From: a virus
Virus record (IMG/VR): IMGVR_UViG_3300028490_000007
Coordinates: 13,123 to 77,122 of that record
DNA length: 64,000 nucleotides
Strand: one strand, 5' to 3'
A program made the position numbers and the translations under genes. Within the stretch, counting starts at the first letter, position 1. Each line of letters begins with the position of its first letter. Of this stretch, positions 48,328-57,475 are shown piece after piece. Below the pieces are notes generated by a model. It was not told the DNA's origin. It did no database searches and saw only the letters and a list, made by a program, of their open reading frames with translations.

Positions 48328-48336
48328 ATAGTAGCA
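48328..48336 (-). promoter_or_regulatory. Extended -10 promoter (TGcTACTAT) for the capsid operon
   Basis: Minus strand reads TTTTTTCGCCAAATTGTGCTACTAT, about 30 nt upstream of the ATG at 48299. Confidence 0.55.
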
Positions 48337-48369
48337 CAATTTGGCGAAAAAACCAATAGGTGCTTCTTT

Positions 48370-49953
48370 TTAGTAGAATGAAACCGCATTTTTATGATGC
48401 ATATACGCATACATTCCAAATACAATGGCGTGTAGCGTGTCATCTGGCTTCATTGTACTGTGAGTCCACATCTTTCTTCCCTGTTTCGTCTCTTGCTCAA
48501 ATTCGGCAAGGATATCAGCAACAAAGAAGCGTGAGTCATCATAGTCTGGAAAAATAAAGTTAAGAGTACGTCCACCTGAAAGTCTCTGTGGTTTAAATTT
48601 CTTTATCAACATCCCCATTATAGTATCAATACCTTGGGTTTTGTTTAGTTGGATCATGTTTCGGTCAGCATCATATGAAAAACTTCCATTCCCCATATAC
48701 ATAACTTGCCTAAACCTATTATATCCTAAAGCCTGCATCATGTCAGCATTCTGTATCATACCCATACCTGCATCGGCACCTACAACATCACATTGAAATA
48801 GTCGAGCTGTCTTCACTAATTCGTCTGCCTGAGTATTCGTTCCTCCTGGAGGGAAAATCTTACCCCATACCATTTCCATATTTCCATCTTTTCTGTGACC
48901 CATTACAACAGCGACAGTTCGTGACTTTATAAGTACACCATCTCCCGTCCAGTCAATACCCATAAAGAAGCCATGGTATCCCTTCATCCACTCTTTGTTT
49001 GGAGTGTGTGTCATCTTTCCGCCAGTACACATTTCTTTCATCATGTCCAAGTTCAAGAAACGCTGTGCAGCACCATTTGGAATACCTAGAACTTCTTGGT
49101 TGAACTTCTCTGGTGTGTATGTCTGATACTTAGTCCATACCTCTGCCCACTTTGACTCTGAAGTATGAAAAGGCAGACAGATCTGAGGAATTCTAAATGC
49201 AACATAGTTTGCATGCTTGTCCCCTGTTTCCATCCACTCACCATTGTGTACAGATATTGGCTTTCTACACTTCATGTTGTTACATATGAGACCCTCTTTT
49301 GATATGTTTCTCAAATCCAATATATTCCACTTGTGGCAATGCTTACAGTGTATCATTCTCTCCATCTTGTTAGAGAGTTCCCATATTACACCAGTTGTAT
49401 TCTCTAAACTCTTTGCAGTACCGGCATAGGTGATGACAGGTTCTTTTGACGAGGTAGTTACTTCCTCAATAGCAGGAAGAATATCATAGTCTATGTCTTG
49501 GGCTTCGTCTATGTATAAATCATCGGCAGACTTACCACGCACACGTACGGGGTCCATTCCTGTGATAGATGCATAGGTAAGTTCGATATAGCTTCCGATT
49601 ATGTTCTTCTTGAAGAATACGTCGTTCTGTGCGTCCTTTCCTGTGAAGGCTGCTTTCAGATGAGGTGTATCATCTATTATCTTTTGCAGCTTAGTCTTGG
49701 AGAAGGTTTTTGTTTGTGACTCTAGTGGGGCTACATACAAGGCTCTGTTTGGGTGTCTAATAATAGATTTTGTCCCAAGCTTGGCTGCAAGATATACAGT
49801 CTTCCCGACCTGTCTACCTGCAGTAATCATCATCTTTCTCTCGTCAACATCGTACGGTAGCCTAAAAGCCTCGTACTGGTCAAAGTCTAGCTTCATCCCA
49901 TCTATATGCACATACTTATCAATAAAATGCGATACTCTTTCATCTGTCTTCAT
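48370..49953 (-). CDS. terL: Terminase large subunit
   Basis: Walker A AGRQVGKT, Walker B LYIDEAQD, Zn finger CKHC...CNNMKC, RNase H-like nuclease MGIDW...ADAG...PDDTLHA. Confidence 0.93.
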   Translation of the reverse strand: MKTDERVSHFIDKYVHIDGMKLDFDQYEAFRLPYDVDERKMMITAGRQVGKTVYLAAKLGTKSIIRHPNRALYVAPLESQTKTFSKTKLQKIIDDTPHLKAAFTGKDAQNDVFFKKNIIGSYIELTYASITGMDPVRVRGKSADDLYIDEAQDIDYDILPAIEEVTTSSKEPVITYAGTAKSLENTTGVIWELSNKMERMIHCKHCHKWNILDLRNISKEGLICNNMKCRKPISVHNGEWMETGDKHANYVAFRIPQICLPFHTSESKWAEVWTKYQTYTPEKFNQEVLGIPNGAAQRFLNLDMMKEMCTGGKMTHTPNKEWMKGYHGFFMGIDWTGDGVLIKSRTVAVVMGHRKDGNMEMVWGKIFPPGGTNTQADELVKTARLFQCDVVGADAGMGMIQNADMMQALGYNRFRQVMYMGNGSFSYDADRNMIQLNKTQGIDTIMGMLIKKFKPQRLSGGRTLNFIFPDYDDSRFFVADILAEFEQETKQGRKMWTHSTMKPDDTLHAIVFGMYAYMHHKNAVSFY

Positions 49954-50667
49954 TTACTTCCCTTTTAAGTGCTTAATCTCTTTCTGTAACTCATTTAGTT
50001 TAGCATGCATGTACTGGAATATAGGCTTATGCATTTCCATGAAATTTGCCTGTGCAGAACTCATCTCCTTGTCCACATTCGTACCACATACTGACAACAA
50101 CTCGCCTTCATCGCAAATTATTGACTCGTAGTAGTCTTTATCGTAATACTCAAAAAAGTCACTGAACTTTTGAATATTCAATATGTATGGTGGCATAGTC
50201 CACCCATCTGATTTAAGACAAGCAACAACATATCGAAGTGCATCACCACGAAGAGGAACATTGTCCGCATTATAGATAGCCATCAATACGATGATTGTCC
50301 AGATAGCCTTGGCAGGCTCGACAAAATCTACAATAGCAGTTTCAACGTCATCGTCACAAAAAACATCAACTGCAATATTGAAATATTCTGGCACAGTCAA
50401 CACTCTATCTGGATCTGCAATCAAAGCTTTAGCCATTACAGCTTTCTGCACTACGTTGGGTGCAGTTCTGTCTTTTAAAAGTATATACTGTATAGTCTCG
50501 TTCTCATACTCAAGTATATCCTCTCCTATGACCTTAGCTGCTCCATAGAAGCAAAGTATCGCAGGTAAGTCAGAGTTTGTTGCCAACGCATATTTTGTTG
50601 CGTCCTCGTCAAGCTCATTCATTGCATCCGATATCTTCTTGCTAAAATCTAAAAGTATATTCTTCAT
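49954..50667 (-). CDS. Hypothetical helical protein adjacent to terL
   Basis: 237 aa; its stop abuts the terL ATG. Confidence 0.6.
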   Translation of the reverse strand: MKNILLDFSKKISDAMNELDEDATKYALATNSDLPAILCFYGAAKVIGEDILEYENETIQYILLKDRTAPNVVQKAVMAKALIADPDRVLTVPEYFNIAVDVFCDDDVETAIVDFVEPAKAIWTIIVLMAIYNADNVPLRGDALRYVVACLKSDGWTMPPYILNIQKFSDFFEYYDKDYYESIICDEGELLSVCGTNVDKEMSSAQANFMEMHKPIFQYMHAKLNELQKEIKHLKGK

Positions 50668-51942
50668 CTAAACTCCTGTGAATTCCACAGTGATGTTTCC
50701 TGAGCTGTCTATCTGACCTTCTGATTTGACAACCTTATCTAATCCCCATTGCCATGTTCTAGCAATAAGATATTCATCGCCTATCATTTTATCGTCACGT
50801 CTTAGACCATAATTCAGACCACCTGCTGTAGTTGCAAATATTCCAATAAACTCATCGCATCCTGTTCCGTAGCCGTATTGTAGCAGAACTGTTCCATTAG
50901 AAGAAGGAATTCCTTTAACTTCTATACAATCTGGAGATGTTTTTATATAGTTCTTGTAGTATTCATTGTCCATAGGGAATACAATCTCTTCACTCGTTTC
51001 ATTGTTGATTATCTTAATGCTAGTTAAGTAAACGAATGCCTGAGTCTTGTTTAGCAACTCATACACCTTAGCCACATCTTCCATAGTAGACATATTTATA
51101 CTAATGCTCTCCGTATGAACAACAGCCAAATAAGCCTTCTTAAGAAGTGATACTTGCTCTGAATGTTTCGATACCATCCAATCAGCCATCAGTCTATATA
51201 GAACTTCGTATGGTATTGTGTCAATAAGGATACTCTTCTCAACAAGCATTCTCGCAAACAAAATCCCGTCAGCAAAAATTTCAGGGATTTCATCTGAGTT
51301 GGGAGATACATTTAGTGTCCTAAAGAACATCTTGGTTGTCTTGTCTTTTTCCACCTGGGACATCTCCGAAGGAAGCACGTCCTCAAATGATTTATTGTGG
51401 GACAATATCCCTTTTATGATAGTAGGGATAACATGGTCTTGGCTTACTCCTACTGAGGACTGCATTATGTTCTGCATTTTTGACTCTACTTCAATCAAGA
51501 CTACATTGGCTAATACGTGAAGTCCTATATCCATCAATGGCTGTATAGCTTCTCGTGCTGTGGCTCGTGCTGCATCTATATCAGTAAATGCCACACTGTT
51601 TGAGTTTACAGCTACTGGTCGCTCATTTAGGGATAGAGATACATCAATGACTCTTCCGTACCCGTCAAGATGAGGGTTTGTCAAAGACAATAAAATCTCT
51701 TCCCCATATGCAATACCTCTAACTGCATTTACTGCTGTGTCGCTCATATCCACAATTCCGTTGTCTAGTAAATTGTTTACCTGTGGGACAAAGAATAAAT
51801 CAAAACTCTCTTCACGAGGCACAATGTATGCAGCAAAGTAAAAATGGGGCACAACACTCCCAAAGTAAATCTTATAGGCTAGAGTGTTTCCCTCTGTGTT
51901 GTTTCCAATCTTAAAGTACATAACTTTTTTTAGCTGTATCAT
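50668..51942 (-). CDS. Hypothetical protein
   Basis: 424 aa, coupled on both sides. Confidence 0.6.
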   Translation of the reverse strand: MIQLKKVMYFKIGNNTEGNTLAYKIYFGSVVPHFYFAAYIVPREESFDLFFVPQVNNLLDNGIVDMSDTAVNAVRGIAYGEEILLSLTNPHLDGYGRVIDVSLSLNERPVAVNSNSVAFTDIDAARATAREAIQPLMDIGLHVLANVVLIEVESKMQNIMQSSVGVSQDHVIPTIIKGILSHNKSFEDVLPSEMSQVEKDKTTKMFFRTLNVSPNSDEIPEIFADGILFARMLVEKSILIDTIPYEVLYRLMADWMVSKHSEQVSLLKKAYLAVVHTESISINMSTMEDVAKVYELLNKTQAFVYLTSIKIINNETSEEIVFPMDNEYYKNYIKTSPDCIEVKGIPSSNGTVLLQYGYGTGCDEFIGIFATTAGGLNYGLRRDDKMIGDEYLIARTWQWGLDKVVKSEGQIDSSGNITVEFTGV

Positions 51943-52820
51943 CTACAACCCCCTTTTAATTCATTGATTATACCGCACACCTTATTAAGAACTTGACCCA
52001 TTTTTGAGTAAACATGATTGTATGTATTCATATTGTTTGCCCACCAAGGGTTCCACATTCTGCCTTCGTCATGACTAAGCATACCCGGCATATTAGCAGA
52101 AGCTCTAAAGTTGTAAGCAGTAGCTGAATATGTCTCCATTCCATCTTTATACGTTGATACAACCATATCGGTATCAGCTCGATCTACATTGACTCCAACG
52201 CCAACAATAGTGTCACCCAATACTACTATTGTAAACATTGTTGTTCTATGAGATCCATAGTAGCTTACCCAGACACCTCTAACCTTATACACTGTGACTA
52301 GATGACGCTTGTCTGTCTCAAGAGAAGCCAGTGTAGAATTTCCCATCTTGAGACTTGTACCACTCACAAATACTCTGTGTGTCCCTTGGCTATTGATAAT
52401 ATCATATGTGCCTGGCTTTTTTAGTACGAAAGACGTAGCATACGCAAAATAATCTTCTCTTCTCTCTACATGGATACCTGTGCCTATTTCAAACACACTT
52501 GTTTCTTCTGCATCAGGAAAACTGTCACAATCAATTATCTTGAGACCATTTTCTTTCTTCATGAAAAGGCAAGGGTCATTCATTACTCTATGGTTTACAG
52601 GGTATCCATTAGAGGCAAGATAGTCTTCTTCTGCAATAAAATTTAGCTTCACAACTTTTTCAAATTCAAGTGTATCATTGAAGATAGACAAGTCCATAGA
52701 ACTTGTGTATCCATTCTGACATGCCACTCGTGGAGTTATTGTCTTAACGACAGGGATAACACCTTCTCTAGCCTTGGTCACAGATACCATTTCCGCTGTT
52801 GCTTCATTGTAATATTTCAT
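51939..52820 (-). CDS. Hypothetical protein
   Basis: 293 aa, AAGGA SD. Confidence 0.6.
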   Translation of the reverse strand: MKYYNEATAEMVSVTKAREGVIPVVKTITPRVACQNGYTSSMDLSIFNDTLEFEKVVKLNFIAEEDYLASNGYPVNHRVMNDPCLFMKKENGLKIIDCDSFPDAEETSVFEIGTGIHVERREDYFAYATSFVLKKPGTYDIINSQGTHRVFVSGTSLKMGNSTLASLETDKRHLVTVYKVRGVWVSYYGSHRTTMFTIVVLGDTIVGVGVNVDRADTDMVVSTYKDGMETYSATAYNFRASANMPGMLSHDEGRMWNPWWANNMNTYNHVYSKMGQVLNKVCGIINELKGGCR

Positions 52821-52829
52821 CTATTTTCC

Positions 52830-54059
52830 TTATACAAAAATGTTATTTAGTAGGTCGCCTGCATAATTAATAGCAAAGACGTTGCCCTCTTCAGTGTATG
52901 CCTTGTTCTTGTCGCAATCAACATAGAATTCTGAGTCCTGCAATTTCATTGCTAAGTCTCCGGACGTTGCTACATCTGCAATGTCCGCATCAAAGGCATA
53001 CTTAAGAGTGTCCCCATCAAGTTCAAGTGCTGCATTTGTAAGCATGGCTGAAATGGTTTGAATATGTGTTTTGTCAAAGATAGTAAACTTCTTCTCAAAA
53101 GGATCAAACTCTACAGGGATAATTCCGTATGTTGTTTTCACGAATATATAAACAAGTCTAGCATCATCAGTAGGCGTCAATACGAAAACAATATTATCAA
53201 ACAATGAATACTCTGCAATATCTACAGAATGGATTGTAGAGTCAATACCATATCTATCCTGGTAGTATCCTACTTTTGACTTGTTGGTGACAGTTGTCAC
53301 TGGGGCTGATGTAATATAATCAAACATGACATCCTCTGCCTCTTGTGTCCCATTACTTAGAAAGCCTATATACTCTACAGGCATTCGTGATGGAGCAAAC
53401 AGTACAGAGTGTCTACGCTTTGACATGTTCGCCACAAAGAATGCTTTTCCTGTAGATCTTCTAACTCCATATCCAGACGCTCTATTTACTGATGCCATGA
53501 TATAGTTTTCATCCTCTTCTACTTCTTCCGTGAAGTTGTTTTGGTTAAACATGATATTTAATCTATTTACAAATATCTCAAGGGCTCCTTCAGCAAAATA
53601 CGTAGTTGGGCTAAACTCATATTCAAAAGGCTCATTCATAGGAGGCAAGTAATCAAACATTCTTCTTGCCGTTTTAGGGATGTCTTCAGTAAAGTCATAA
53701 ACCCCTCTTGCATACCTAAAGTTTCCAAATATAAATCTGTACGCCCCAAGTTCAACGTCAAACACAAACGACTCACGTAGAAACTTTATAAGATTGTCGT
53801 ACTGACCAAACATATGTAATGAAACTACAGACATGTAATTATCGTAAGGACCATACATCTCACCAGTAGCAAGATCTCTCACTCCGAATTCAAGACCGGG
53901 GTCAATGCCAACATACACTGCATGCTTGTCAAAGAAGAAGCATAAATCGTAGTCTGGATAGATATCTGCATCCACAATCTCGTGTCTTGACTCTCTAAGG
54001 TTAAAGAATAGAATTCCACTTTTAAACGCTGCTGATTTAGGTGACATAGTTGCTTTCAT
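52830..54059 (-). CDS. Hypothetical protein (Phe/Tyr-rich)
   Basis: 409 aa, TAATG coupling. Confidence 0.6.
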   Translation of the reverse strand: MKATMSPKSAAFKSGILFFNLRESRHEIVDADIYPDYDLCFFFDKHAVYVGIDPGLEFGVRDLATGEMYGPYDNYMSVVSLHMFGQYDNLIKFLRESFVFDVELGAYRFIFGNFRYARGVYDFTEDIPKTARRMFDYLPPMNEPFEYEFSPTTYFAEGALEIFVNRLNIMFNQNNFTEEVEEDENYIMASVNRASGYGVRRSTGKAFFVANMSKRRHSVLFAPSRMPVEYIGFLSNGTQEAEDVMFDYITSAPVTTVTNKSKVGYYQDRYGIDSTIHSVDIAEYSLFDNIVFVLTPTDDARLVYIFVKTTYGIIPVEFDPFEKKFTIFDKTHIQTISAMLTNAALELDGDTLKYAFDADIADVATSGDLAMKLQDSEFYVDCDKNKAYTEEGNVFAINYAGDLLNNIFV

Positions 54060-55540
54060 TAGTTATCTCCAAAGATATAATTGTGTAGATCTGCAGATGC
54101 AGTGTTTATCACAGCTCTTGCCGTATTCTTGCCTCTAGGAAGCTCATACTTGCCCACATAGAATGCATCGTCCACTGTATCCTCGAACAGGCTATTCTCA
54201 AGCGTGATACCTGTGGCAGTCTTAGATTGAATAATTCCTACTGTTGACATCCCCTCAAGCTTAATACGTTGACCGAGGAAGAACCCTACTGTATTGTCTA
54301 GTGGGATAGTAACACTGTTTCCTGCTATATCCATCGATACCTTGGTTGTCACCATTTCCCCAGAAGGAGTATGATCTAGTGCTTCAAAAGAAACAGAAAC
54401 TGTACCTTCTGGCAGAACCTCATTAAACACGATTGAGGTTGCATCAAAGTCCACGACTCTATAGTCGATAGCATTTACCGTACAGGTTCTTCCTATATGA
54501 GCTACATTTTCCCCAACAAACGAATACTTTTCTGGAGTGTCTACATCTTGAGTCAATGTAGGTGCCCAAGCTCTATAAGGGTTAACTTCTGGAGAGACAA
54601 TAGTTGTCCCTTCTTCAAACAGTTCAGGGGTCAAGTCTTTGATGATAGTCATATTGTCCTCTGCTCGCATAAAAAATACAAGCGTGTTGAATGTGCCATC
54701 TATTGTCACTTTTCTCAAGTGTAAGGATTGGTTGTCCTCAACAAAGATACGCTTCGTTCTTCTCTCTGCATCCACTGATAGTGTACTTGCATATTCTGGT
54801 AGTATCTCATAGTATTCATTGAACACCTGGGCATCAGGAAAGGTTGCCTCTCGTGCAGTAAGGGGCATGTCGAAGAATATCTTATTCCAAGAGGTAGCCG
54901 TAACTTCTCTGCGAACAAAACCTGCAGCAACACTACCAAAGATAACTTCCATACCATACGTAACTTTTTCTGTATTTTCAACAAGTATGTAATTCTGCCC
55001 AACACCGGCATATTCCATAATTACAGTTTCAAACATAAGAGATCCTTGTCTAGGGAAACCCTTAACAAAAACCCCTTCCTCTATCTCTGGCTTAAAGTCA
55101 ACAAGGAAATTGTTATTACCTATTGCGACTCCTCCATTTTTAGTGTTCAGTTCCCCAAGAATTGTGTTATTGTTACCCACAACAATATCATCATCATCGT
55201 ATGTTTTTAAATCCAAATGGTTCTGACTGCCAAGAGTTATAGATAAATTGATATCCCCACTTTCTCTTGTCATTAGACGTATTCTTCCATTATTCTCAGT
55301 TCCCACGTCTGTAGTCAATTCAGCAGTAAACACCTCGCCTCTCTTGGTGGCTATTCTTCGCTTATAGAATTCAATAGTATTGAAGTTCCCATACTCATTA
55401 ATAATAAGAGATGACAGTCTTGTGGAGAGTTTGTTTCCAATGGCTGCCAAGAAAGATGTTTCATCCACTTCGCCGTTGATAGTATTAGGGACAACATTTC
55501 TGTATGCCCCTCTGGTTACTTTTCTGCTTTTAGGTATCAT
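54059..55540 (-). CDS. Beta-repeat structural-type protein
   Basis: IVVGNNN/VAIGNNN repeats and several small beta modules (AGVGQNYILVEN..YGMEVIFG; IAGNSVTIPLDNTVGFFLGQRIKL). Confidence 0.5.
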   Translation of the reverse strand: MIPKSRKVTRGAYRNVVPNTINGEVDETSFLAAIGNKLSTRLSSLIINEYGNFNTIEFYKRRIATKRGEVFTAELTTDVGTENNGRIRLMTRESGDINLSITLGSQNHLDLKTYDDDDIVVGNNNTILGELNTKNGGVAIGNNNFLVDFKPEIEEGVFVKGFPRQGSLMFETVIMEYAGVGQNYILVENTEKVTYGMEVIFGSVAAGFVRREVTATSWNKIFFDMPLTAREATFPDAQVFNEYYEILPEYASTLSVDAERRTKRIFVEDNQSLHLRKVTIDGTFNTLVFFMRAEDNMTIIKDLTPELFEEGTTIVSPEVNPYRAWAPTLTQDVDTPEKYSFVGENVAHIGRTCTVNAIDYRVVDFDATSIVFNEVLPEGTVSVSFEALDHTPSGEMVTTKVSMDIAGNSVTIPLDNTVGFFLGQRIKLEGMSTVGIIQSKTATGITLENSLFEDTVDDAFYVGKYELPRGKNTARAVINTASADLHNYIFGDN

Positions 55541-55543
55541 AGG

Positions 55544-57475
55544 TTATTCCTCAATCACATATTCTTTGGCTAGGATAAATCCATAGCTGTCTGCATTCTT
55601 GTAGTAAACTCTATAGAATTGACCACTCACACCATTTACAGCTTCAGCAATTATCATTGTTGAGTTAGTAAAAGGGTACACATGGGAGTTCCCATCTAAG
55701 TCTTTATAGTTTAGGCTTGAAATATTACAGGTCATAGCGAATGTATAATCTGCATTGATAGCGTTAAGCATAGGAAGGAGTGCATCTTTCTCGAAGTAGT
55801 CATACGAGCTACCTTGAGCGATACGTCCATATATGGCCCCTGTCGCAGGCTGATAGTTTATCTGTAGGTTCGCTAAGTCTCCATCAGCATCAGGTGAAGC
55901 AACGACAGCAAGTGTGTCATAGGTCAAGTTTAGTTGTGGGAATGCATACGTATTATCCAAAACATTCACATACAGTGTCCGTGTCAATATCTTTATCGTA
56001 TCAGGCTCAAGAGTAATGGCACCATTCGTAAATAGAGTCTCTGCGGTATCTGACACGTTATCAAAAGATTTCTTCAAGACAATATTCAAAACAGCAGTAT
56101 TCCCAAGACTCCACAACGGGTTGCTTGAATATCGAGGGAAGGTTTTTGTGGAAGTTACAGTCTTCGTACCACTCTTCACTGTTATTGTAGCTTTATATCT
56201 TGTCGGCTGATCTTCAATCACAACCTTGACATACTTAGATGAGCTTTCTCTGTTGAATACAATTTCAAGAGTATCCCTTTTGTCTCTATAGGAATACAGT
56301 TTATAGTTAGACTTGAAACTTCCTACTCCAAATCTAAACTTGTCATAGGCATCGTGAGCCATACTGTTAGCATTTGCAACAAGAGCAACATAGTCCAGTG
56401 AACTGTCAATGTTTTTTATGGTTATCTCAGTGTTGGATATCTTCACTCTACATGCTCTTCCGTAAGATACGGTAGCAGACATTAAGGCACACTCATCATC
56501 ACCTACTGGTGTCTTGATGTAATAATAGTCCACATAGACATACGAGCTGTATACTCTCGCATACCCTATATATGTCTTAGTGGAGCATTCAATTAGTCCG
56601 TCAATATAATGAGTGGAAGTATTGACTGCTGATTTCAATCTATCTTTGTTGAACTCTGCAAAGTGTCCTGCATCATCACCGACTCCAATTCTAACAAAAG
56701 AAAACTGGTCGTTTTTTAGGTACTCCGGACTCTCTGAGGGAAACCATATCGCTGCTTGTGAAACACCAAACCCATAATTGTCAACAGGAAAATACTGGTG
56801 TCCAAAATCATCTAAAATCAAACTTGAGTAGTCAAGGGTTATCTCTTTTTCAGTAAATACTCCTGCAGGACCATCTATGACAGAATAGGACAAGTCAAAA
56901 GGTGTAGCCGGAGTATCATAGTCAACTATATTCATTGAAGAGAAGTCTCCGTTCAGCCTCGCATATAAGTCATCTGTGTTGATGGTTATATCAAGATCCG
57001 TGCCGGTTATATTCAAGTCTCCAGTGACAGCAGTTCCATTATAGATAAGAGATGTGTTATCCCAAGACAGAGAGAAGTCGAAATCACCTGTCGCAACGAT
57101 TGTCTTAGAGGTAAGGTTAATGTCTACCTCTAGGTTCCCATCCAGAGTAGCAATAGTGAATGCGAGAAGATCTTGAAGTATTGCATCTCTATTAAAACTA
57201 CCACTCCACTGAACAAACCCTCGCTCAATAGATGGTCTGGTTACATATGTCATATTTGATGATCCATTTGCGACCTTTGCGGTCTTAAATAGAATATCAT
57301 TATGCTTGTACGCTATTCTTGATGACCCGATATTTATCCCTAGTGCGATATCGTTATCTGCAAATATATTCACGGCATTAGTTGAAGCCTTGATGTTGGT
57401 CTCTGTGAATATTGTTTCTAGGGGCATCAAAGCGGATGATACCCAGTTGTTATCTAACTTGTATAGATATGCCAT
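55544..57475 (-). CDS. Hypothetical beta-rich protein
   Basis: 643 aa, AAGGAG SD. Confidence 0.6.
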   Translation of the reverse strand: MAYLYKLDNNWVSSALMPLETIFTETNIKASTNAVNIFADNDIALGINIGSSRIAYKHNDILFKTAKVANGSSNMTYVTRPSIERGFVQWSGSFNRDAILQDLLAFTIATLDGNLEVDINLTSKTIVATGDFDFSLSWDNTSLIYNGTAVTGDLNITGTDLDITINTDDLYARLNGDFSSMNIVDYDTPATPFDLSYSVIDGPAGVFTEKEITLDYSSLILDDFGHQYFPVDNYGFGVSQAAIWFPSESPEYLKNDQFSFVRIGVGDDAGHFAEFNKDRLKSAVNTSTHYIDGLIECSTKTYIGYARVYSSYVYVDYYYIKTPVGDDECALMSATVSYGRACRVKISNTEITIKNIDSSLDYVALVANANSMAHDAYDKFRFGVGSFKSNYKLYSYRDKRDTLEIVFNRESSSKYVKVVIEDQPTRYKATITVKSGTKTVTSTKTFPRYSSNPLWSLGNTAVLNIVLKKSFDNVSDTAETLFTNGAITLEPDTIKILTRTLYVNVLDNTYAFPQLNLTYDTLAVVASPDADGDLANLQINYQPATGAIYGRIAQGSSYDYFEKDALLPMLNAINADYTFAMTCNISSLNYKDLDGNSHVYPFTNSTMIIAEAVNGVSGQFYRVYYKNADSYGFILAKEYVIEE

